From NCBI GenBank assembly GCA_049598495.1, contig JBMYNR010000001.1, positions 1 to 64,000 on the forward strand: DNA of 64,000 nucleotides, in the 5' to 3' direction. Positions 52,947 to 61,086 of the stretch are shown here, in pieces. The DNA comes from Opitutales bacterium. GTDB lineage: Bacteria > Verrucomicrobiota > Verrucomicrobiia > Opitutales > Coraliomargaritaceae. Within the stretch, counting starts at the first letter, position 1; the number at the start of each line of letters is the position of its first letter. A program made the translations under genes and the position numbers. Below the pieces are notes generated by a model that was given only the letters and a program-made list of their open reading frames with translations, was not told the DNA's origin and did not search any database.

Positions 52947-54860
52947 CTATTCACGCACCCGCGCAACGCTCACGCTCGATTGGCGCCGCTCGTAGCTCGT
53001 CTTGACCCGGTCTAGAATGGCTTCGGCGCAAAGGCCGTTATCCTCTCTCAGTCGGGAGACGGAGCTCCCGTGCTCGATAAAGGCATCCGGCCAGCCGATG
53101 CGTTCAACAGGGCAGGGAGTGTCCAGTTGTTGGAGCGCCTCCATCACCGCAGTTCCTAGACCACCGGTAATGACATGATCCTCCATTGTGACGATGAGTT
53201 GACTCGTCTTTGCCGATTCGAGAAGCTGTTCGGTATCCAGTGGCTTGGCGAAGCGTGCGTTGACGACGCCTGCGCGGATACCGTGTTCGCTTAGACGCGC
53301 GGCAAGTTTCTCTGCATCAGCAACCATTGCGCCGATCGCCCAGATGTCGATATCGCTTCCTAATTGGCGTCGCTCTGCTTTGCCGATTTCGATCGCGGTT
53401 GGTGCATCCTTCATTGTTACGCCCACAGCGTTGCCCCGCGGGTAGCGGATAAAAGCGGGGCCCTGGTATTTCAGACCGGTGGCCATCATGTCGGCCAGTT
53501 CGTCCTCGTCGGCAGGGGCCATCACGACGACGCCAGGAACACAGCGCAAATATGCGATGTCGAAGAGTCCGTGATGGGTGGCGCCATCATTGGGTGAAAG
53601 GCCGGCGCGATCCATACAGAAGAGCACGGGTAGTTTCTGCAGGGCAACGTCATGGATGATCTGGTCGTAGGCCCGCTGTAGGAAAGTGGAGTAGATCGCG
53701 CACACCGGATGAAAGCCCGAGGTAGCCATACCCGCCGCAAAAAGAACGGCATGCTCCTCGGCGATACCCACATCGAAGAACTGCTCGGGCAACTCTTTCT
53801 CCAGAATATTGAGCCCGGTTCCTGAGGGCATGGCCGCGGTGATGCCCACTAGATTTTTATCCTCACGGGCGAGCTTCACGAGGGTTTCCCCCATCAGATC
53901 TTGGTAATTCTTTGGTGTGCCCGTAGCGGATGGGGCGCCTTTGCCTGTTTTAATATCAAATGGGCTCGCACCGTGGAAACGCTCAGGGTTGTTGATCGCG
54001 ACATCGTAGCCGTGGCCCTTCTCCGTCATAATGTGGAGCAGCACGGGTTGCTCGGCATTTTTTGCAAACTCGAGGTAGTGTTCCACCTGTTTTAGATCAT
54101 GCCCGTCGATCGGGCCGATGTAGCGAATGCCGAATTTCTCAAAGAGAGAAGAAGAGACGAAAAAGTCCTTGGTCTCCTGTTTCCATTTTATGCCGAGTTT
54201 GATCAAAGATTCTCCGCCCGGAACCTTCTGTAGGAGGCTTTCGATATCGTCGTTGACTCTGTTATAGATCGGGTTGGTGATCAGTTCGTTAAAGTAGCGG
54301 GGCAGTGCGCCCACGTTCTTGGCGATCGACCACTTGTTGTCATTGAGGATGATGATGAGCCGCTTGGTGGAAGTCGTGACGTTGTTCAGTGCTTCCATCG
54401 TGATGCCGCAGGTGAAGGCGGCGTCCCCGCACAGTGCCACAACATGCTCATCACTGCCGCGGCGGTCGCGGGCGGCGGCCATGCCCAGCGCGGCCGAAAG
54501 AGCCGTCCCCGCGTGACCGGCACCAAAAGCATCATGTTCACTTTCTTCGCGGGAGAGGAATCCGCTCAAACCTTCGCTCAATCGGATCTTGTCAAAACGC
54601 TCGTCATTGCGACCGGTAAGAAGCTTGTGGACATAGCCCTGATGCGCCACATCGAAGCAGAAGCGGTCCTTCGGTGTATTAAAGACCCGGTGTAAACCTA
54701 TGGTCAGCTCAACCACCCCGAGGTTGGGCCCGATATGTCCGCCGTTGTGTGCTGTTGTCTCAATGACGCGCGCACGAATCTCTTCTGCGAGTCGTGGAAG
54801 CTCGTCCGCTTCGAGCTTCTTGACGTCTTCTGGAGACTGTATCTGTTTTAAAAGGGACAT
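52947..54860 (-). CDS. dxs: 1-deoxy-D-xylulose-5-phosphate synthase
   Basis: GGHIGPNLGVVELT, HQGYVHK, GPIDGHD, DVGIAEEHA, YSTFLQRAYDQ, IRYPRG. Confidence 0.97.
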   Translation of the reverse strand: MSLLKQIQSPEDVKKLEADELPRLAEEIRARVIETTAHNGGHIGPNLGVVELTIGLHRVFNTPKDRFCFDVAHQGYVHKLLTGRNDERFDKIRLSEGLSGFLSREESEHDAFGAGHAGTALSAALGMAAARDRRGSDEHVVALCGDAAFTCGITMEALNNVTTSTKRLIIILNDNKWSIAKNVGALPRYFNELITNPIYNRVNDDIESLLQKVPGGESLIKLGIKWKQETKDFFVSSSLFEKFGIRYIGPIDGHDLKQVEHYLEFAKNAEQPVLLHIMTEKGHGYDVAINNPERFHGASPFDIKTGKGAPSATGTPKNYQDLMGETLVKLAREDKNLVGITAAMPSGTGLNILEKELPEQFFDVGIAEEHAVLFAAGMATSGFHPVCAIYSTFLQRAYDQIIHDVALQKLPVLFCMDRAGLSPNDGATHHGLFDIAYLRCVPGVVVMAPADEDELADMMATGLKYQGPAFIRYPRGNAVGVTMKDAPTAIEIGKAERRQLGSDIDIWAIGAMVADAEKLAARLSEHGIRAGVVNARFAKPLDTEQLLESAKTSQLIVTMEDHVITGGLGTAVMEALQQLDTPCPVERIGWPDAFIEHGSSVSRLREDNGLCAEAILDRVKTSYERRQSSVSVARVRE

Positions 54861-54900
54861 GCTTATCGGGTAGGTATTCCTTGAAAGGGTGCTGTCTGAG

Positions 54901-55137
54901 CTAGGCTTCGGGTGCGTCTTCGAAATCTTCCAGCTCACCCGTTTTCAGGTTCAGCTTTTCAATTTTTAGTTCTGCTTCTTTGAGTTGCGTTTGGCAGGCT
55001 TTCAAAAGTTTAGAGCCTTCTTCAAATTTCGCAACAAGATCGGCGAGAGGGATGTCTCCGTTCTCCATTGCTTGAATGAGCTTTTCTAGACGCTCGAGGG
55101 ATTCCTCGAAGGGGACTTCTTTGGGTTTTCCAGGCAT
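54901..55137 (-). CDS. xseB: Exodeoxyribonuclease VII small subunit
   Basis: FEESLERLEKLI...FEEGSKLLKACQTQLKEAELKI; upstream of dxs. Confidence 0.92.
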   Translation of the reverse strand: MPGKPKEVPFEESLERLEKLIQAMENGDIPLADLVAKFEEGSKLLKACQTQLKEAELKIEKLNLKTGELEDFEDAPEA

Positions 55138-55145
55138 GGAAGGAA

Positions 55146-56321
55146 TTATGGCTGTGAATCGAAGGCGTTTAGGACGGCCTTCAAATCGATATTCTTGGTA
55201 ATGAGATCTTTAATGATCGGAATCTTGTCCTCGTCGGTCGGCTGAGTCTTGACTGTCATATTATTCACTTTGGAGGCGACCTTGTAGCTGTCCTCGGAGC
55301 ACAGAACAACGGGAATCGAAGTTTTTGAGATCATTTCCATCAAGCGGGGATGGGGCAAGATACTCCGAGTTAGTATGATGCCGGCGATGACTTTTCCCTG
55401 TTCGACACTCGCAGCTGCTATGGCGGAGAGCAGAATGTCCTCCCGGTCACCGGGTGCAATGATGAGGGCACCCTCGTCTAGGTGTTCGACCAATCCCTTG
55501 GCAGCCATGGCACCAATGATCACTCGATCAATCCGGTTTTTTCCGCCTGCTGTTTTTCCGTTGAGCCAGCGTCCGTTGGTCTCCTCAACCACCTGCTCTA
55601 GGTTCGGCTGGGTCAGCTTGGTTTCGTGAGGAATGCACCCGAGAAGGGGAATATTCATCTGCTCCAGTGCGATACGGCAGTATTTTTCCACCATATCAAT
55701 CTTGTCGGGCAACACCTTGTTGATAATTGCGCCGATGATTTGAACGCCCGCCGCCTCAAAGACTGCTTTATTCAAAGCGATCTCATCGACTGGCCGACCA
55801 ATGCCACCGCTGGCGACGATGATCACCTTTGCACCAAGGTGACGAGCCACGTCTGCATTGCAGAGATTGAATACGGAACCCACGCCGGCATGGCCTGTGC
55901 CTTCGATAATAATATAGTCACGGCCGAAGGCCGCGCGATCGAAGGCGCGACACATCTTGTCGATCAGTTCACAGTGGTTTTCATCTGGAGAATCGAGGTA
56001 GTCTCGGGTAAAGGTCGGGTGGATCGAGATCGGGCTCATCGCCCGGATCGGTGTTTTTACATCGAAGATCTGGTCGAGTAGGACTGAGTCCTCGTCGATT
56101 TGCTGGCCTTCGACTTCAATAAAACGCTGGCCGACCGGCTTTATGAAGCCGACATCCTCGGTCATACTACGCAGTGCGGAAAAGAGGGCGAGGCTGGTCG
56201 TCGTCTTGCCGTCATTCATCCGGGTCGCGGCAATCAAGATCCGCTTGGTCGTTTTGTTCCGCGGAGCGGTCAGGTTTTCCGTATCGTCCGGTTCGGTGAA
56301 CAGCTTGGTGGATTTCGCCAT
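55146..56321 (-). CDS. BioD-like P-loop plus DRTGG protein (Pta N-terminal-like)
   Basis: DGKTT, GFIKPVG, IIEGTGH, IINKV, IAPGDREDI. Confidence 0.85.
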   Translation of the reverse strand: MAKSTKLFTEPDDTENLTAPRNKTTKRILIAATRMNDGKTTTSLALFSALRSMTEDVGFIKPVGQRFIEVEGQQIDEDSVLLDQIFDVKTPIRAMSPISIHPTFTRDYLDSPDENHCELIDKMCRAFDRAAFGRDYIIIEGTGHAGVGSVFNLCNADVARHLGAKVIIVASGGIGRPVDEIALNKAVFEAAGVQIIGAIINKVLPDKIDMVEKYCRIALEQMNIPLLGCIPHETKLTQPNLEQVVEETNGRWLNGKTAGGKNRIDRVIIGAMAAKGLVEHLDEGALIIAPGDREDILLSAIAAASVEQGKVIAGIILTRSILPHPRLMEMISKTSIPVVLCSEDSYKVASKVNNMTVKTQPTDEDKIPIIKDLITKNIDLKAVLNAFDSQP

Positions 56322-56350
56322 GGAAAGATTCTCCGTGGGGGCATAGCCCC

Positions 56351-57421
56351 TTAAAGGATGGTGACGTCCTCGTTGAGATCGTCGATATTGTCTGTCGGAT
56401 AGAGCAGCTTGTGTTCGATTGCCTGGGAGGCCACCATCACGGCAGTGCCGAAAATATCACTGGCCGTGGCACCACGGCTGATCTCGGCAGCGGGCTTGGC
56501 CAAACCGGTCAGGATGGGCCCATAGTTGCGTGCACGCGTCAGGGTATCCACTAGTTTAGAGGCGATATTGGCGGAGTGAAGATCCGGGAAGATGAGGATG
56601 TTGGCCTGGCCGGCGACCGGGCCTTGGATCTTTTTGGTCTTCGCCGTGATCGGGTCGAGAGCGGCGTCGACTTGAAGCTCGCCGTCGATCTCCATTGGGA
56701 TGCCGAGGGCGAGTGCCTTCTTTCGGGCTAGCTCCGTGGCTGCCTTCATCTTGGATACCGTTGGGTTCTTGCTCGTCACGCTTTTACTCGAATAACTCAA
56801 GAGTGCTACGTAAGGCTTTGAGTTGGTCAAATGGTAGCGCAGCGCGGCGGTGGTGACTGCAATATCGGAGAGTTGTTCACTTGTGGGCTCGGGTATGACG
56901 GCGCAATCCGCGAGGAACAGTTCGCGGTCCTTGCCGGTTTCCGGGTCCTCAAGATCGAAAATGTTGAGCGAGGAAACGGTCTTTACATTCGGCAGGCGTG
57001 GGACGATCTGGAGAATCGGGCGTAGTGCGCTCGAAGCAGAGCTGGTAGCCCCGGAAACAAGGGCATCGGCCTGCGAGGTGGCAAGCATCAGAGTCGCGAA
57101 ATAGTTGGTATTCTCGAGGTATTGCTCAATTTCCTTTTCCTTTAGATTTCTGAAGCGACGGAGGCCGTGGAACTGTTTGCTGAAGGTTTCCCATTCATCG
57201 CTGCGGCGTGGCTCGATGATACGGATGCGATCGAGGCTGATATTAAGCTTTTCGGCATGGGCTTTGATCTTGGCGCGGTTGCCGAGAAGAATCGGGACCC
57301 CGAGCTCGTTCGCCGCGAATTTTCGGGCGGCCTGTAGGATGCGCGGGTCGCTTCCTTCAGGAAAAACGACGCGCTTCGGGTGACGCTTTAGGCGAACGGT
57401 GAGTTTGGAAATAAGTGGCAT
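56351..57421 (-). CDS. pta: Phosphate acetyltransferase, catalytic domain only
   Basis: RVVFPEG, LADCAV, LLSYSS, DGELQVDAA, IFPDL, EISRG. Confidence 0.88.
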   Translation of the reverse strand: MPLISKLTVRLKRHPKRVVFPEGSDPRILQAARKFAANELGVPILLGNRAKIKAHAEKLNISLDRIRIIEPRRSDEWETFSKQFHGLRRFRNLKEKEIEQYLENTNYFATLMLATSQADALVSGATSSASSALRPILQIVPRLPNVKTVSSLNIFDLEDPETGKDRELFLADCAVIPEPTSEQLSDIAVTTAALRYHLTNSKPYVALLSYSSKSVTSKNPTVSKMKAATELARKKALALGIPMEIDGELQVDAALDPITAKTKKIQGPVAGQANILIFPDLHSANIASKLVDTLTRARNYGPILTGLAKPAAEISRGATASDIFGTAVMVASQAIEHKLLYPTDNIDDLNEDVTIL

Positions 57422-57575
57422 TTTGCAAAGTGTTCGTATGCGGTTTCAGCACAATAGACGAGAGCATGATTGAATCTAGAACAAAGAGCACGAAAATATA
57501 CATTTGCCAAAGTTTTTCACGGCGTCGTTTCTAAAGAGTGCGCAGGTTGTTCCTTGCTGCCCGCCTCATACATCG

Positions 57576-59159
57576 ATGCTCCAAAACCTTCGTAATATTG
57601 CCGTGGTCAGTTTCTCGACCATAGGCTCGCGCTTCCTAGGCCTCTTACGTGATATCCTCATCTTTGCTGCGTTGGGGGCCAGCCTTTGGAATTCAGCCTT
57701 CATCCTCGCGTTCACTTTGCCCAATCTTTTTCGAAGGCTGCTCGGTGAGGGTGCGCTGACATCCGCGATTGTGCCTGTCTTTTCAGATGTGCTGAAGAGC
57801 GAGGGCCGTGAGGCTGCCTTTCGGTTTTTTAACCAGGTCATGTTTCGATTACTGCTGGCCCTGTTATTCATCATTTTACTGGGCATGGGCGGGCTCTGGT
57901 GGGCTTCCAAGAGTCATTGGCTTCCGGATCACTGGGCGCTGGGTGCCGAACTGGCGGTCTGCTTGCTTCCCTACATGCTATTCATCTGTCTCGCTGCCAT
58001 TATCTCTGCGGGTCTTCATCTATTGGGTCGCTTTGCTGTGGCGGCTTCCACGCCCATCCTGCTGAATCTCGCGATGATTAGTGCGTTGGCGGCCGGGATC
58101 TGGCTTGATGCGGGGCTCGCACGGGTTGTTTACTGGCTCTGCGGTGGGGTGTTGGTGGGCGGATTGCTTCAGCTTCTGCTCCCGGCATTCGATCTTATGC
58201 GTCAGGGTTGGCGGCCGCGTGTTGAACTGAGGGGCGAGGCGGCGCTGGCCGAACTCTGGCAGTTGTTCCTTCCGGGACTTCTGGGGGCGGCCATTCTTCA
58301 GGTTAATATTCTGGTTTCCCGCTTGCTGGCGTATTCGCTCGATGAATCAGCGGTTTCCGTGCTCTATCTTGCCAGTCGTTTGATGGAGTTGCCGCTTGGG
58401 GTCTTTACAATTGCCGTCGCTACGGTCTTTTTTCCGCTTCTGGCGAAGGCCCTTTCTGCGGGAGACGAAGTAGGTTTTTCGGAGGCCTTTCTGCGCGGGA
58501 TGCGTTTGATACTTGGCATTTCGGTCCCTGCGGGGATCGGCCTAATCACGCTTGGTGAACCCATACTTGAGTGCCTCTTTCTCTGGGGTGCCTTCGAGCG
58601 GGCGGATGTTTTGGCTACCGTTCCGTTGCTGGCTATTTACGGTTTTGGCCTGCCGTTCTACTCGGCTGCCACCTTTGCCACCCGAGGTCTGCATGCGAGC
58701 AAGGATATGCGTACCCCGGTAGCAGTCGCCGGACTCTGCCTTCTGGTCAATCTTGTGGCAGGGCTTGTCCTCATGCAGTTTTTTGGCGCCAAGGGCCTGG
58801 CTGCGGCCAACGTGATCGCAGCGGTCATACAGAGCGCTTTTCTCTGGAAAGCTCTCTCCAGGCGCAACGCTCGTGTGTGTTATGGTCGGCTCCTCATGGC
58901 GGGGCTTAAGATCCTTTCAGCCGGCGTGCTCATGGGCCTGTTCTGTATTTACGCGGCGCCTTGGTTCGGCGTACTCCCTGTGCCCGGGAAGCTCGGTGCC
59001 CTTGCCATCGTCGCCGTGCTTGTCCCTGTAGCTGTCGTGATTTATTTCGCACTGCTCGCTCTTTTCCGTTTTGAGGAACTGGAGGCCTTGAAGACCCTCC
59101 TCAAGCGCTTCATCGGGCGGCGAAACACTGACTGTCGTCAGCGTTCTACAAAAGAATGA
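57576..59159 (+). CDS. murJ: Lipid II flippase MurJ/MviN
   Basis: SRFLGLLRD, PNLFRRLLGEGAL, ASRLMELPLG. Confidence 0.95.
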   Translation: MLQNLRNIAVVSFSTIGSRFLGLLRDILIFAALGASLWNSAFILAFTLPNLFRRLLGEGALTSAIVPVFSDVLKSEGREAAFRFFNQVMFRLLLALLFIILLGMGGLWWASKSHWLPDHWALGAELAVCLLPYMLFICLAAIISAGLHLLGRFAVAASTPILLNLAMISALAAGIWLDAGLARVVYWLCGGVLVGGLLQLLLPAFDLMRQGWRPRVELRGEAALAELWQLFLPGLLGAAILQVNILVSRLLAYSLDESAVSVLYLASRLMELPLGVFTIAVATVFFPLLAKALSAGDEVGFSEAFLRGMRLILGISVPAGIGLITLGEPILECLFLWGAFERADVLATVPLLAIYGFGLPFYSAATFATRGLHASKDMRTPVAVAGLCLLVNLVAGLVLMQFFGAKGLAAANVIAAVIQSAFLWKALSRRNARVCYGRLLMAGLKILSAGVLMGLFCIYAAPWFGVLPVPGKLGALAIVAVLVPVAVVIYFALLALFRFEELEALKTLLKRFIGRRNTDCRQRSTKE

Positions 59160-59275
59160 CTCGCATCTGCACCCGCCCAGACCAGACTCAGACTACGATC
59201 CAAAGCTTTAGACGATTTTGTAGTGGGCCTCTGGTAAGCAGCGAAACACTGACTGTCGTCAGCGTTCTACAAAAG
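59120..59275 (-). repeat. Two identical 35-bp REP-containing direct repeats
   Basis: GCGAAACACTGACTGTCGTCAGCGTTCTACAAAAG at 59120 and 59241. Confidence 0.9.
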
Positions 59276-59369
59276 GAAGTCTCGCATGCATATGGGTGTC
59301 CGTCGTCGGGGCCGCTTCTTTTGCATCTCGGTATTGCGCCGCACTTCGTTTCGCCTATACGTTTTTGAC

Positions 59370-60176
59370 ATGTCTGATCTTTTGCCGAATGAAACACTTC
59401 TCTCGGTCCGTGATTTGAAAGTCCATTTCCCGATCAAGGGCGGATTGTTTCAGCGCACGGTCGATGTCGTTAAGGCCGTTGATGGGATTAGTTTTGATGT
59501 GCCGCGCGGAAAGACCGTCGGTCTCGTGGGGGAGAGTGGCAGCGGAAAGACCACGACAGGACGTGCCATCGCTCGGCTCGTGCCGCTCACTTCGGGCTCT
59601 GTTCATTATGATGGTCGCGATCTAGCGACACTCTCCGCTCGTGGGTTCTTCGAATACCGTAAAAAGATTCAGGTGATTTTTCAGGACCCCTTCGGTTCGC
59701 TCAACCCGCGGATGACGATCTACAGTATTATCGCGGAGCCGCTCGATATTCATTTCAATGATTGGAGCAAAGAACGGAAACGGACCCGTGTGGCTGAGCT
59801 CCTCGGTAAGGTAGGCCTCAATGCTGATTTCATGGGGCGCTACCCGCACCAGTTCAGCGGTGGTCAGCGTCAACGGATCGGTATCGCCCGTGCGCTTGCC
59901 GTCGAGCCCGAGTTTATCGTTTGCGATGAGCCCGTTAGCGCGCTCGATGTCTCCGTGCAGGCACAGATTGTGAATCTGCTGCAAGACCTTCAGGACGAAC
60001 TTGGACTGACCTATCTCTTTATCGCGCACGACCTTGCTGTCGTCGAACACATCAGCGACGAAGTACTCGTTATGACCGAGGGTAGGATCGTGGAACAGGC
60101 CAGCGCCGAGGCGATCTACAACGAACCTCAGCACCCCTATACGGTCAAGCTGCTCGAAGCCGTACCCAAGCTATAG
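59370..60176 (+). CDS. oppF: Peptide ABC ATPase, OppF/DppF-like
   Basis: [54 protein letters not shown]. Confidence 0.9.
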   Translation: MSDLLPNETLLSVRDLKVHFPIKGGLFQRTVDVVKAVDGISFDVPRGKTVGLVGESGSGKTTTGRAIARLVPLTSGSVHYDGRDLATLSARGFFEYRKKIQVIFQDPFGSLNPRMTIYSIIAEPLDIHFNDWSKERKRTRVAELLGKVGLNADFMGRYPHQFSGGQRQRIGIARALAVEPEFIVCDEPVSALDVSVQAQIVNLLQDLQDELGLTYLFIAHDLAVVEHISDEVLVMTEGRIVEQASAEAIYNEPQHPYTVKLLEAVPKL

Positions 60177-60370
60177 GGCACTCTGTATTTAAGCAGACTC
60201 AAATTAGGTGTAGCCATGGCACTCGCCTGACCTGTTCCAGGCGAAGGTGTTGCCGTGCCAGTATTTATAAACACCTCAACAGATCCGTCTTCGCTCGACT
60301 CGTCCGGCGTGGTGCTGCTTTGCAGGGCGAAGACGTAAGCCCAGGTGTTGGCTATCTCGACAGGTTCGGC

Positions 60371-60625
60371 TTAGTAGTGGTGTCGTAGTTGAGCAATCTG
60401 AATTTCATCTCCTTTGATTCGATAAACGAGTCGATGCTCCTCATTTATTCTTCTAGACCAAAAGCCGGAGAGTGTGTGCTTCAGTGGCTCTGGCTTACCG
60501 ATTCCTTCATGTCGATTACGGTCAGTATCCTTAATGAGCTCATTTACCTTCTTGAGCATTCTTTTGTCTGTTTTCTGCCAGTAGAGATAATCTTCCCAAG
60601 CCCTGTCCGAGAATATTTTCTTCAT
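60371..60625 (-). CDS. yoeB: Txe/YoeB toxin
   Basis: AWEDYLYWQ, GIGKPEPLK, WSRRINEEHRLVY, HY C-terminus. Confidence 0.95.
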   Translation of the reverse strand: MKKIFSDRAWEDYLYWQKTDKRMLKKVNELIKDTDRNRHEGIGKPEPLKHTLSGFWSRRINEEHRLVYRIKGDEIQIAQLRHHY

Positions 60626-60873
60626 TCACTGAATTCTCTTTCAGTTCCTTTACCTGCATTCAATTGCTCGATGGACTCAATGAGTCGCTTTGCATTCTTT
60701 GGGCTTCTGAGCAGATAGGTAGTCTCCTGCATCGATTCATAATCTTCCAGAGACATCATGACTACAGCATCTGTGCCTTTCTTGGTGATGATGACAGGGT
60801 TGTGGTTCTGGCAAACTTCAGTGATTGTGGTCGCCAGATTTTCTCTCGCGTGTGAATAGGTGATGGTGTTCAT
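60622..60873 (-). CDS. yefM: YefM antitoxin
   Basis: TITYSHARENL, VMMSLEDYES, ETTYLLRSPKNA; 4-bp overlap with yoeB. Confidence 0.95.
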   Translation of the reverse strand: MNTITYSHARENLATTITEVCQNHNPVIITKKGTDAVVMMSLEDYESMQETTYLLRSPKNAKRLIESIEQLNAGKGTEREFSE

Positions 60874-60875
60874 AG

Positions 60876-60895
60876 TTGTCCAATATTTTGGACAA
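60876..60895. promoter_or_regulatory. Putative yefM-yoeB operator palindrome
   Basis: TTGTCCAA-TATT-TTGGACAA immediately upstream of the yefM ATG. Confidence 0.65.
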
Positions 60896-61086
60896 TTATG
60901 CCCGGTCAAATGCTTTCTGATGAACAGTGCTATCTGCGTCCTTCAAGAACGCTTAATTCGGTCGTGAAGATTCAAATTTGAGACTGAGTGAGTCACAGGA
61001 AAAGCCATGCGCATCGCATTGTAGAAGAGGGTTGAGCGCTTTTGAGTCGCCTGTTTCTACATATGCTGAATTCGGCTTTCGAGCCC

